This document shows, piece by piece, positions 35,841 through 47,537 of a stretch of DNA of 64,000 nucleotides; position 1 is the first letter of the stretch; each line of letters opens with the position of its first letter. The notes beneath the pieces were generated by a model. It was not told where the DNA came from. It searched no databases and saw only the letters and a program-made list of their open reading frames with translations. A program made the translations under genes and the position numbers. Source of the stretch: Hormiphora californensis (Eukaryota > Animalia > Ctenophora); contig CM035359.1 of the NCBI GenBank assembly GCA_020137815.1, positions 7,564,001-7,628,000 of the forward strand. Direction: 5' to 3'.

Positions 35841-37800
35841 TTACGGTGGCAGATTCCGGCCAAGTGTTTTTTCAATCAAGTGAAATGTTTTGTATGAAGC
35901 TTTATAAAATTTTTATTTCAAAATAAAAATAAACATGTCGTTAAAATTATTGGCCGAGATCTGCCATGCCACTTGCATCTCGGCAAGGATTCTAAAAAAC
36001 CTTGGCCAGAATCTGCAACCTGCGTGGCAGTTGTCGGCAAATATACTGAAACTTATTTATATCAAAGCGAAAACCGCTGTACCTGACTAATTTTGATACG
36101 CTGAGTCACGTAAGCAATCCCTCAAAGGTCGGGAAAGTGTCCTAATTAAGCATAATTGGGTCTAATTGACTCACTGAAAGTTCTTATCGGCACGGCACAG
36201 TACATTCCAACGTTACTTCCTGCTAGTGTTGGTACCATTGTTTCGAGAGTAATACTGCTACTATGTGAGACTGATCTCACTGTGCATGTCAGTTGTCACC
36301 AACTGCTAGTTTTCCATGAGGCTAGTCGTTGTCGGCAGGATTTTATACATTTATATTATTTATTAATATCATTCGGTCCAACCAACACTTTTTGTACTCG
36401 AAGGCTCGGGAAGTCACTAGGCTAGGCTTTTGCAACTTGATCAGTTGATCTGTATTTTCTCTGTCAGCTGTTGCATTTCCTTTGGCCCTCATTCAAGATA
36501 TTTTAACAGGATGCCAAACACTTAGTGTGAACTCATCAAGAACAGGAGTTGCAATGATAGCGGGAAGATATAGAAAATACATCCTCTCTGTCCTTGCTTC
36601 TCTTATTCTCCTACGTTATCTCTCCGCTCCTCTTGGCCCTCAAGACCATATTCAGACATTATCAGCCCAAGAATTGTCAGTCAGGAATTCAACAGCATCT
36701 GATAGAGCTGTAAAAGAGAGGAAGTCGTATTTTGCAGTTGTTTTGGTCCTTGATCACAAGTGAGTTTAGCCTATATATATATAATATCATCAAATTGATT
36801 TCATGTTTCATTTACTAATGACCATTAGTCAATACATGCTATATTTCGCGACTTGTTCAATACCATGTAAATACATGGTTTCATTCCCTAACAATTTCCC
36901 TCACGGCAGGAGAGAAGCCAGGGAAAACGCCCGAAATTACTGGAATAATGAGACGCTTTGGAACTCAGTCCTCAGCCCTGAACACCGCATCAAGTTTATT
37001 TACGTCATAGGCAGTGATACAGATGTTTCTCTGTTGGAAAAGACTGAAGGTGAATCTGTTTACCAGGCAGATTTCCCTGAATCTCGTCAAAACTTGAAAT
37101 TCAAACTCTTCTCAGCATTCAAATGGGTCAACGAGACTTATGATTTTCAGTACATCATCAAAACTGATCTTGATGTGGTGATGAACTACACTTTATGGAT
37201 AAATGCGATAGTTTCCCGGCCTGATCAACCAGTACTCTACACGGGATATATTTGCCATGGACATGCAGATGCTGAGTACCCCTGGTGCTCTGGGATGGGA
37301 TATGTCCTCCATCACTCTGTTATCCCCACTATTTTATCATTCCCAGAGAGTGACTATGATATTCCAGAAGATAGGACGGTGGGGAAAATATTATCAAAAG
37401 CGGGTCTAGAGTTTTCGGGGCTGTTTTTCGGGGGGTCCAGGAAGTTGAAAGATCTAAATTGGCCCATTTCATACAGGCATATGATCGTGTATCACTGCGT
37501 GAATGCTGAAGCAGGGTTTAGAGTTGTGTTGGCACAGGTTCCAGCTCTCCATTTTAATGGGAACACTAACCATATGAAGGCGTGCTGGGAACACTTTTTC
37601 TTGAATATTTCCCGCTTTGAAGATGAACGATTAGTACATCAACTGACCTGATCCACCCTTGTTTACATACTTGTTACATTCAGCGTATCAAAATTAGATA
37701 TAAATAAGTTTCAGCTTGTGGGAAATAAAAATTTTATAAAACTTCAACAAAAACATTTCATTTGATTGAAAAAGCACTTGGCCGGAATCTGCCACCGTAA
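35841..37800. mobile_element. TIR element enclosing the GT31 gene (Pack-type)
   Basis: Inverted repeats TTACGGTGGCAGATTCCGGCCAAGTG..TTTATAAAATTTTTATTT (35841-35918) vs 37723-37800, plus a second inverted block ~36047-36104 vs ~37680-37714. Flanked by AAGA (or TA). Confidence 0.75.
36554..37651 (+). CDS. GT31-family beta-1,3-galactosyltransferase-like protein, two exons
   Basis: N-terminal TM anchor (YILSVLASLILL); intron 36760-36909 is in frame; REARENAR..W, FIYVIG, ESRQNLKFK, YIIKTDLDV (DxD), YPWCSGMGYVL and PEDRTVG motifs. Confidence 0.88.
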
Positions 37801-38128
37801 AAGATATTTCAGATATGCTAAATCAAGGGACAATGGTGGGCAGACTGGGCCTGGGATGGGCGCCGTTACGATCTGGGTGTTTGGTGGCCTGTTTACAGGT
37901 CAAATCAAATCAAATCAAATCAAATTTACACAATCTAAACGCTTGCGGATTTCCCAGCGAGTGGGTCCTCCTTGTCAAGTCTTAACTCAAAATAATAAAA
38001 TCGAATCGCCCCGTCATGTGGTCAGTCATCAGCACAGGGGCGGCTCTGCCATGCGGACGATGCGGACGCGTCCGCATTTTTACTTTGGATCACGGAGAGA
38101 AAAAGAAAAAATTCAAGGAAAAGGGTCA

Positions 38129-38280
38129 ATGAGGCCCCTCGGAAATGTTCAAGTCATGCACAATCAAGTCACGCCCACCAATCACAGCTCAGAACGCGCG
38201 GAGTGCTTCGCGCGTTCTGCGCTGTGATTGGTGGGCGTGACTTGATTGTGCATGACTTGAACATTTCCGAGGGGCCTCAT
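38129..38280. mobile_element. Hairpin MITE (partial copy at ~45903-45986)
   Basis: ATGAGGCCCCTCGGAAATGTTCAAG... / ...CTTGAACATTTCCGAGGGGCCTCAT, a near-perfect palindrome. Confidence 0.75.
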
Positions 38281-39603
38281 GGAGAAATTGAAAATTTTTC
38301 CCCAATGAAAACGCGTGGCCGATATAAAACAAATTTTGCCGCGCGTTACAGTTTATAGCCGCGCGCCCCTCATAAAATTTCAATTGTTTGTGCGCGCGCA
38401 TTTTACTCCGCAAGTGTCAGATCGTGCGCGCCACGAAGTTGCCCCTCGCAACGAAAGTGTGACCAAAATGGTCCCTCTACCGATTAGTTAGTACAAGGTG
38501 GGCCACGGATTGTTGGTCATGGTTAGCGAGGTGGTGCGTCAAAACGGTGATAGTTGTGAGATTAAAAATTATGGGAGCACTCTGGATCAATTCCTTGGTA
38601 ACTTTTTCCATATTTTTTTGTCAAAAATTCGAAAATTCATTTTTCATTCCTTCATTCATTCCTTCATTCATTCATGATGTGAGCATCCTAATTTTCCATC
38701 ATTATGCTATTTTTCTTTGGCTTGAATTTATCTTTACAATGAGCACCATGAAAATGAAATTGAAGCACCAGGTCACTCAGCATGGTGCGTATTCTAAGGG
38801 AGGTCGCGCGGCGCTAGTGCTGGGCGAGGAAATTATGTGGTTTTTTGAGGGTAGTGAATATCACCACCGTTAAGTATAAACGGTTCGAGTACTAGAGGAA
38901 GTATCACTCTGAAACTTTGTAGGGATGCTAGATAGACTATATACTTGGCCGGGGTATGAAATCTTTAAATTTGGACAAAATATGGTGATCTAGCTACCTG
39001 AAGGAATTGATGAAATTCAAAGATCTCATATCCCGGGACGTAAAATACTATTTTAGGCATGCTTGCAAAATATGAACTTGAAATCTTGAGAAATGAAAAA
39101 ACTAGACACTAATTACAGTAGGTGACCAGGGAGGTCATCCGAAGCGAACTCCATGTGTGAAACCTTCGCGCGCTACTTTTAGTCTGCCCAATTAGCAATT
39201 GGGGCCATGGGGCCTAATTGATTATCTGGTGTACATTCTGGGTTGTAATTTGGTTGCCAAGGCTCTCTAGACAGTTTTAGCAGACAATCAGACAAGCTTT
39301 TCTGTTCTGGTTGATGCTGACAATTGACATCTCACTAGGTTGAAGAGAGAATTTTGCTAGTAAATTGTGTTACTTGCAAAACGGTCCCACTTTGCGCGGG
39401 CTGACGCAGTGTACACTGTACAGCTGCAGTACACTGCGTGGGGTGTGTCGATCGAGGTAGATTTCAAAATCTCTATTCTCTCCACATCTAGTTCTACATC
39501 AATTCACGTCTACATCATGATATTGTTTAATCCAGTACATTCAAATCAGTAATGAGTAATCTCCGGGATGTATATTTAATTGTTTGTCAGTACCTTGACC
39601 CCT

Positions 39604-39679
<76 letters not shown>

Positions 39680-39905
39680 TGTTGAAGAGAAAGGGGAGAG
39701 GATGTATGTGTACAATCTAAAATGTGTGTACCTACACCCATGACACACACCATCTCTCCCATCCTTTACCAGATCCTACATTTCCCTCCTTACCTACCAC
39801 CCATGTCCTCCCATCCCACCACTCTCTCGTGTTTCCTCGGTAGAAGTAGGGGGTAGATAGTGTGGTGAGAGAAAGAAAAAAGGGAGAGTAGAGAGTAGAA
39901 AGAGT

Positions 39906-39945
<40 letters not shown>

Positions 39946-39946
39946 G

Positions 39947-40030
<84 letters not shown>

Positions 40031-40086
40031 TTGAAGAGAAAGGGGAGAGGATGTATGTGTACAATCTAAAATGTGTGTACCTACAC

Positions 40087-40907
40087 TAGGGTGTGCTAAG
40101 TGAAAATTTTGTCGACTTGGCCAATAAGTTAAGGGTAGATATGAAACTATGGACAATTGTCTACTAAATCCTGAAAACGGAATTGGGGTAGTGTATGTCA
40201 ATTACGTGGGCCAGGCGATTAAAAAAGTTTACTTTTTTACCGAAAAAAGGTAAATATGTGTGTTTTACACCAGTGTTTGCCATGTTCTTTATATCAACTT
40301 TTTATAGACAGGGTCGTGATCAGCGGTTTGATACCGATCAGAATGGATGTGTATCATGAAAGTTAGCCAAAGTTAATTTTTGACCTGAAAATGTTCATTT
40401 TGGACCAAAAATGTTCATTTTTGACTAAAAATGTTCATTTTAGTCATTTTCTTCTATTTTGAGAGCTTTTTCATGAACGGGATCGTGTTCAGCAGGTCAA
40501 AATTAGTCGGTTACAACCGGAATTTGCATTCCGACAAATAAAATCTTAAAAAGTTAAAATTCGTCTCCACTAATACTGCAAAGTAGGAAAATGTGCAAGA
40601 AAAAAAAGATGAAACAAAAAAATTTTCATTATAAAATGGAGTTCTGAAGGTGCAGACTGGAAAAAATGGTTGTACTGAGTCTCATGAGGCGATTCATATG
40701 TGTGGTTTTTTCGAAATAACGCCCCAAAAAACATTTTTTGATATGAATATGCCCATATATGGGCATACATCGGCCCACGTAATTGGGCCAGGGTAGGACT
40801 AAAATTTTTTTACCAAATGTTTTAGAATGATCGTAGGAACTCATTCTAGGGGTAAACTATGTGAAAATTGGATTTGATTTATGAGTTGGGAAAAATAGCA
40901 CACCCTA
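40087..40907 (+). mobile_element. hAT-type MITE, copy 1
   Basis: TIR TAGGGTGTGCTA / TAGCACACCCTA; 8-bp TSD ACCTACAC at 40079-40086 and 40908-40915. Confidence 0.9.
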
Positions 40908-41055
40908 ACCTACACCCATGACACACACCATCTCTCCCATCCTTTACCAGATCCTACATTTCCCTCCTTACCTACCCCATGTCTCCCATCCCACCACTCT
41001 CTCGTGTTTCTCGGTAGAAGTAGGGGGTAGATAGTGTGTGAGAGAAAGAAGAAAG

Positions 41056-41133
<78 letters not shown>

Positions 41134-41333
41134 TGTTGAAGAGAAAGGGGAGAGGATGTATGTGTACAATCTAAAATGTGTGTACCTACACCCATGACAC
41201 ACACCATCTCTCCCATCCTTTACCAGATCCTACATTTCCCTCCTTACCTACCCCATGTCTCCCATCCCACCACTCTCTCGTGTTTCTCGGTAGAAGTAGG
41301 GGGTAGATAGTGTGTGAGAGAAAGAAAAAAGAA

Positions 41334-41383
<50 letters not shown>

Positions 41384-41447
41384 TGTTGAAGAGAAAGGGG
41401 AGAGGATGTACCTATGTGAACAATCTAAAATGTGTGTACCTACAGTG

Positions 41448-42265
41448 TAGGTGTGCTATTTTTCCCAACTCATAAATCAAATCCAATTTTCACAAAGTTT
41501 ACCCCTAGAATGAGTTCCTACGATCATTCTAAAACATTTGGTAAAAAAATTTTAGTCCTACCCTGGCCCAATTACGTGGGCCGATGTATGCCCATATATG
41601 GGCATATTCATATCAAAAAATGTTTTTTGGGGCGTTATTTCGAAAAAACCACACATATGAATCGCCTCATGAGAACCAGTACAACTATTATTTCCAGTCT
41701 GCACCTTCAGAACTCCATTTTATAATGAAAATTTTTTTTTTCATCTTTTTTTCTTGCACATTTTCCTACTTTGCAGTATTAGTTGAGACGAATTTTAACT
41801 TTTTGAGATTTTATTTGTCGGAAACCAAATTCCGGTTGTAACCGACTACTTTTGACCTGCTGAACACGATCCCGTTCATGAAAAAGCTCTCAAAATTGAA
41901 GAAAATGGCCAAAATGAACATTTTTAGTCAAAAATGAACATTTTTGGTCCAAAATGAACATTTTCAGGTCAAAAATGACCTTTGGCTAACTTTCATGATA
42001 CACATCCATTCTGATCGGTATCAAACCGCTGAACACGACCCTGACCATAAAAAGTTGATATCAAGAACATGCCAAACACTGGTGTAAAACACACATATTT
42101 TCCTTTTTTCGGTAAAAAAGTAAACTTTTTTAATCGCCTGGCCCACGTAATTGACATACACTATCCCAATTCCGTTTTCAGGATGTAGTAGACAATTGTC
42201 CATAGTTTCATATCTACCCTTAACCTTTTGGCCAAGTCGACAAAATTTTCACTTAGCACACCCTA
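41448..42265 (-). mobile_element. hAT-type MITE, copy 2 (inverted)
   Basis: Diverged reverse complement of copy 1, followed by ACCTACAC; left junction slightly rearranged. Confidence 0.88.
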
Positions 42266-42390
42266 ACCTACACCCATGACACACACCATCTCTCCCTACC
42301 TACCCCATGTCTCCCATCCCACCACTCTCTCTTGTTTCTCGGTAGAAGTAGGGGGTAGATAGTGTGTGAGAGAAAGAAAAAAGAAAGGGG

Positions 42391-42461
<71 letters not shown>

Positions 42462-42655
42462 TGTTGAAGAGAAAGGGGAGAGGATGTATGTGTACAATCT
42501 AAAATGTGTGTACCTACACCCATGACACACACCATCTCTCCCATCCTTCACCAGATCCTACATTTCCCTCCCTACCTACCGCATGTCTCCCATCCCACCA
42601 CTCTCTCGTGTTTCTCGGTAGAAGTAGGGGGTAGATAGTGTGTGAGAGAAAGAAG

Positions 42656-42723
<68 letters not shown>

Positions 42724-42923
42724 TGTGGAAGAGAAAGGGGAGAGGATGTATGTGTACAATCTAAAATGTGTGTACCTACACCCATGACACACACCATCTC
42801 TCCCATCCTTCACCAGATCCTACATTTCCCTCCCTACCTACCCCATGTCTCCCATCCCACCACTCTCTCGTGTTTCTCGGTAGAAGTAGGGGGTAGATAG
42901 TGTGTGAGAGAAAGAAAAAAGAA

Positions 42924-42975
<52 letters not shown>

Positions 42976-45900
42976 TGTTGAAGAGAAAGGGGAGAGGATG
43001 TACCTATGTGAACAATCTAAAATGTGTGTACCTACACCCATGACACACACCATCTCTCCCTATCTACCCCATGTCTCCCATCCCACCACTCTCTCGTGTT
43101 TCTCGGTAGAAGTAGGGGGTAGATAGTGTGTTAGTTTGTCTGCAGTATAAGACCTAAGTACATCATTCTCTCGTATCTCTTTCTTTCTAATGTGGGAGTT
43201 ATAATGGTATTGGTGCTGAAGAGGGCTGTGTTATCTTCTCCCCTCTCTTTCTTTTCTTTTTTCATCATTTCCGTGCTAACATTTGTCACTCCCTGTTACA
43301 CGCCATGTAATGTACACTGGCCATGTATGTGCCACGGTTTTTAGTGGGAGAGTTATAATTGTACTGAAGGGGGAGGATTCTTCTCTCCTCTCTCTTTCTC
43401 TCTAGTGTGGGCTTTGTAAAGAGACTATCAACTTCTCTCATACGTGCATTCCATGAATCATGACAACATTGCCGCTTTACTAACAAAACCAACTATACAA
43501 CAGTACAGTACAACAGATCAAACGCATGTGAGAGAGACGGGGAGAGATAGAGAATTAGAAATTAAGTGTACATTGTACAATAAGTACCTAATTTGTGAGA
43601 GAGAGGGAGTGAAAGAGATAGTGCTAGACATCATGCTGGTGGAGGAAAGGGAACTGAGACAATTATGAGAGTTTTGAGAGAAATAGTGTCTTGTACAGAT
43701 GTGTTTGTGTGCAGTACTAAGACATAAGTACATCATTCTCTCTCTCCTCTCTCTCTTTCCTATTAGTGTGGGAGTTATTATAATGGTACTGGAGGGGCTG
43801 TTATCTTCTCCCCTCCTAATCTCTCTCCTCTTTCTTTTTAGGATGAGGGTTATATAGGTACTCAAGTGGTGGATTCTTATCTCATCTCTCTTTCTTTCTA
43901 TATAGTTTGGGGTGTAAAGATACTATCAAACTCTCTCATCCGTTCAATCATGACCACATGGCCGCTTTACGAACAAACCAACAACTCAACAGCACGGCAT
44001 AACAGGTCAATGCATTATGGAGTGTTTGAACCCAATGTGTCATCACAAAATATGGATCTCGTTGTATCATCAGCAGCTTGAGAAACAAAAGTTTGATCGC
44101 ATGTTAACAAGGACACGTGATCGGTGATCGAGATCATGTAAGCAGTACTATCCATTACCTAATTACAACCATCCACATGTGTGACGTGAGAGGTGGGGCC
44201 GGGACAGCTCACAAGCTCAAACTTGCCAATCAGCGGGAGAGAGATGTACACCCGTTGCTATGTCGCTCACAGCGCATTCAGTCTACTCCGCAAGCAGTCG
44301 ACCTTTGTAGGACCGTTTTGGAGCTGCGCGCAGCAGTAGCGCCGCGCGATCCGCTCCATGCCCGGCGTTGTTTTGCGCGTCCTAATTTGTTACTAAAAAT
44401 AGCCCAATTAAATAATTAGCGATAATTCGCGAACGGTACATAGTAGAATGAAAATACGCATATCCCCGTGACGTGTTAACCAAGACGAATCGAATGGTGT
44501 ATGATTCATTAAGAAAGAAGCAACTTCAAAATTTAAGAATACGCACCACTCAGCAGTTGAGAAAATGTTCATGCATGATTTTGGCTCTTTTTGCGACTTC
44601 CAAACAGCTGTATCACAGCTACCTTTCGTTCAATCTTCTTAAAACTTTGGGAAAACATTAGATAAGCAAAGATCTTTGCTCACAAGAAAAATCAAGGCCA
44701 AAGGTCAAAGTTCATTTTTCATTTTGTTAGTTCATTCCGTTCATTCAGGAACCAACATCCCTAAAGTGATGAAAAGGTTTGGGTTTTGTTTGGCCCATGT
44801 CCTGCAATGACAGAGAGGTGTAATAGCGTGTTTCGGGGCTAGTTTGTGGGTGTCCATGTGATCATGGTGATATCTGACACCTTTTCTGAGCCATAATTAA
44901 GGGATTTTCTCAAATTCAAGCATGTAACTTGGTTTTTCTGCGATTAGTACCGTGCAGCAATGTTATGAGATCTCATAACACCTCAAAAATGATGATTAGC
45001 TCAATGAAATGAGTTGATTTATGATTGAAAAGATTAAAACCGATGTCAAATTGAACGAAACGAACAATTACATCATAAATCATCTCATTTCATTGAGCTA
45101 ATCATCATTTTTGAGGTGTTATGAGATCTCATAACATTGCTGCACGGTACTAATCGCAGAAAAAGCAAGTTACATGCTTGAATTTGAGAAAATCCCTTAA
45201 TCATGGCTCAGAAAAGGTGTCAGATATCATCATGATCACATGGACACCCACAAACTAGCCCCGAAACACGCTATTACACCTCTCTGTCATTGCAGGACAT
45301 GGGCCAAACAAAACCCAAACCTTTTCATCACTTTAGGGATGTTGGTTCCTGAATGAACGGAATGAACTAAAAAAAATGAAAAATGAACTTTGATCTTTGG
45401 CCTTGATTTTTCTTGTGAGCAAAGATCTTTGCTTATCCAATGTTTTCCCAAAGTTTTAAGAAGATTGAACGAAAGGTAGTTGTGATACAGCTGTTTGGAA
45501 GTCGCAAAAAGAGCCAAAATCATGCATGAACATTTTCTCAACTGCTGAGTGACCTGGTGCTTCAATTTCATTTTCATGGTGCTCATTGGAAAGATAAATT
45601 CAAGCCAAAGAAAAATAGCATAATGATTGAAAATTAGGATGCTCACATCATGCATGAACGAGAAATGAATGAAGGAATGAAACATGAATTTTCGAATTTT
45701 TGACAAAAAATTATGGAAAAAGTTACCAAGGAATTGATCCAGAGTGCTCCCATAATTTTTATTCTCACAACTATCACCGTTTTGACGCACCACCTCGCTA
45801 ACCATGACCAACAATCCGTGGCCCACCTTGTATACCAAAATGTCGTTTTCGAATTCTAACCCTGCTATGCCTTTTTACAAAGTAAAAAGGCATCCGGGTG

Positions 45901-47304
45901 AATGCGGAGTGCTTCGCGCGTTCTGCGCTGTGATTGGTGGGCGTGACTTGATTGTGCATGACTTGAACATTTCCGAGGGGCCTCATTTTTCTCAAAATTT
46001 GATGTTTTCAATGAGATTTTTAGTGAAATCCGCGCGCCACACAGGTTTTTTTTGCCGTCGCAGTATTTTTTCATCGGCGCGCTACGTCAAAATAGCCAAT
46101 GCGGACCATCCGCATTGGGTATTTCGACGGAACGCGCGAGTTAAAAATGTTTCGGCCGCATTTTGACCAGAGCGGCTGAAAGCCGCGCACCGCCCCTGCA
46201 TCAGCAGCAGCTAAAACAGCAGGTGCGTGCTTCCAAAAAATTTGATTCACTAAAATGTCTCTAACAGGGACGGCAGCCTCGGCCAGGGGGCGGGGGTGAA
46301 AACTGAAACCCCCCAGAAAGCAGGGTCCAGGGGCGCAGCCCCGGCCGGGGCGTAGGGGACAGAGCCCCTGTAGGCAGGGTCCTGGGGCTGTAAGCCCCAG
46401 TGGAGGTTGAGGGGTCGAAGCCTCCCGAAAATTTCTTGCATTTTTCGGCGTTTTTATTTTTTAAACGATTTTAAGCATTTCTGAAAATGGGAAAAAACGG
46501 TGAACGTTTTCAATGAGGCCTTTGGTCTTGTTTTGTTTAAAAAAAATTGGAGCGCGCGGTTCTGATCTTAGATTGCGCGTTTTTTATTTGCGCGTCCCAA
46601 AACTTGCTATGTGACCTAATTAATTATGAATTATAAAATGTAAAAAAGTGTTTAAAACATGACGTCATGATACATCCAAGACGAAATGCACTACCCTACC
46701 AGTTGTTATGAGCGCTCAGCGCACGGAATTGAAAGACTGGAAGAGGGTCGAGCAAGGGCCAAGGCAACCAGTCTCTAATTAAGAGTAAGACTACCAGTAC
46801 CACCAAGTACATATAGGTGAACCTCGTACAGAAGGGCGACAAAATTAACGACAAAAGGGCGACATCTACTATCTAGGTTTGGAATTGGATAATCGGAAAA
46901 CACGGTTAATTTTGTGACAAAACTAAAAACAGGTCTACAGAGAATGTCTCTCAACAACAATTCATCGTGAGGAGAGTATATGATCAACTCATTGGGTGAC
47001 CCACATATCGGACAAGAAAGGGTGAGTCTTGTTGCCATGCCAATCGAACTCAACAACCAATCGAACGAGAGAGATAGAATACTAAGTTGTTAAAAACTCC
47101 GCTAGGGTTGGGACATCCAATTCCGATCTCGGAAATCGGAATTGCTTATATTTCTCTCTCACTCCGATTATTTCCCTTTCAAGTACAGCTAAAATAGCTT
47201 TCTTTCTAGCTAACAATAACACTCAGATCAGTCTTCATTTTCCCACACAAACAGACTAACAAACAACTCGCTAACACTACTTTATCTCATAATTCTGTCT
47301 GTCA

Positions 47305-47378
<74 letters not shown>

Positions 47379-47537
47379 CTCCCTCGGTACATAAACCTCT
47401 CAGTACACAAATCAGTTCTTTATTATTTAATGAGCATGGCGACCCAAGTCTTCTTGATCTTATCTCTTCATCATTTGATGGAATCTTCTTCTTTTAGCAC
47501 AATGAGTGTGTCGGTGATAGCCCACTGGATGCCACCT

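Larger units (their letters stand above)
39605..43135. repeat. ~250-350-bp satellite with internal (AG)n, 7 units
   Basis: AATGTTGAAGAGAAAGGGGAGAGGATG... recurs near 39677, 40027, 41131, 41381, 42458, 42721 and 42973. Confidence 0.92.
38783..44548. mobile_element. 5.8-kb TIR element carrying a satellite
   Basis: TIR TGGTGCGTATTCT / AGAATACGCACCA; TSD (A)CTCAGCA. The empty site is visible in the opposite foldback arm (45541-45557). Confidence 0.78.
38494..45830. mobile_element. TA-flanked foldback element (~1.56 kb once the inner insertion is removed)
   Basis: Ends CAAGGTGGGCCACGG / CCGTGGCCCACCTTG with TA on both sides. 38494-38782 plus 44556-45025 is the inverted copy of 45072-45830. Confidence 0.8.
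38035..46198. mobile_element. hAT-like non-autonomous element (outer shell of the nested stack)
   Basis: TIR CAGGGGCGG / CCGCCCCTG; 8-bp TSD CATCAGCA at 38027-38034 and 46199-46206. Confidence 0.8.

Noticed and set aside
39541-43053. Repeated LSLSLS / ERERER ORFs (also near 10916, 26331, 51140, 59477)
   Set aside because: Products of (AG)n/(CT)n microsatellites.
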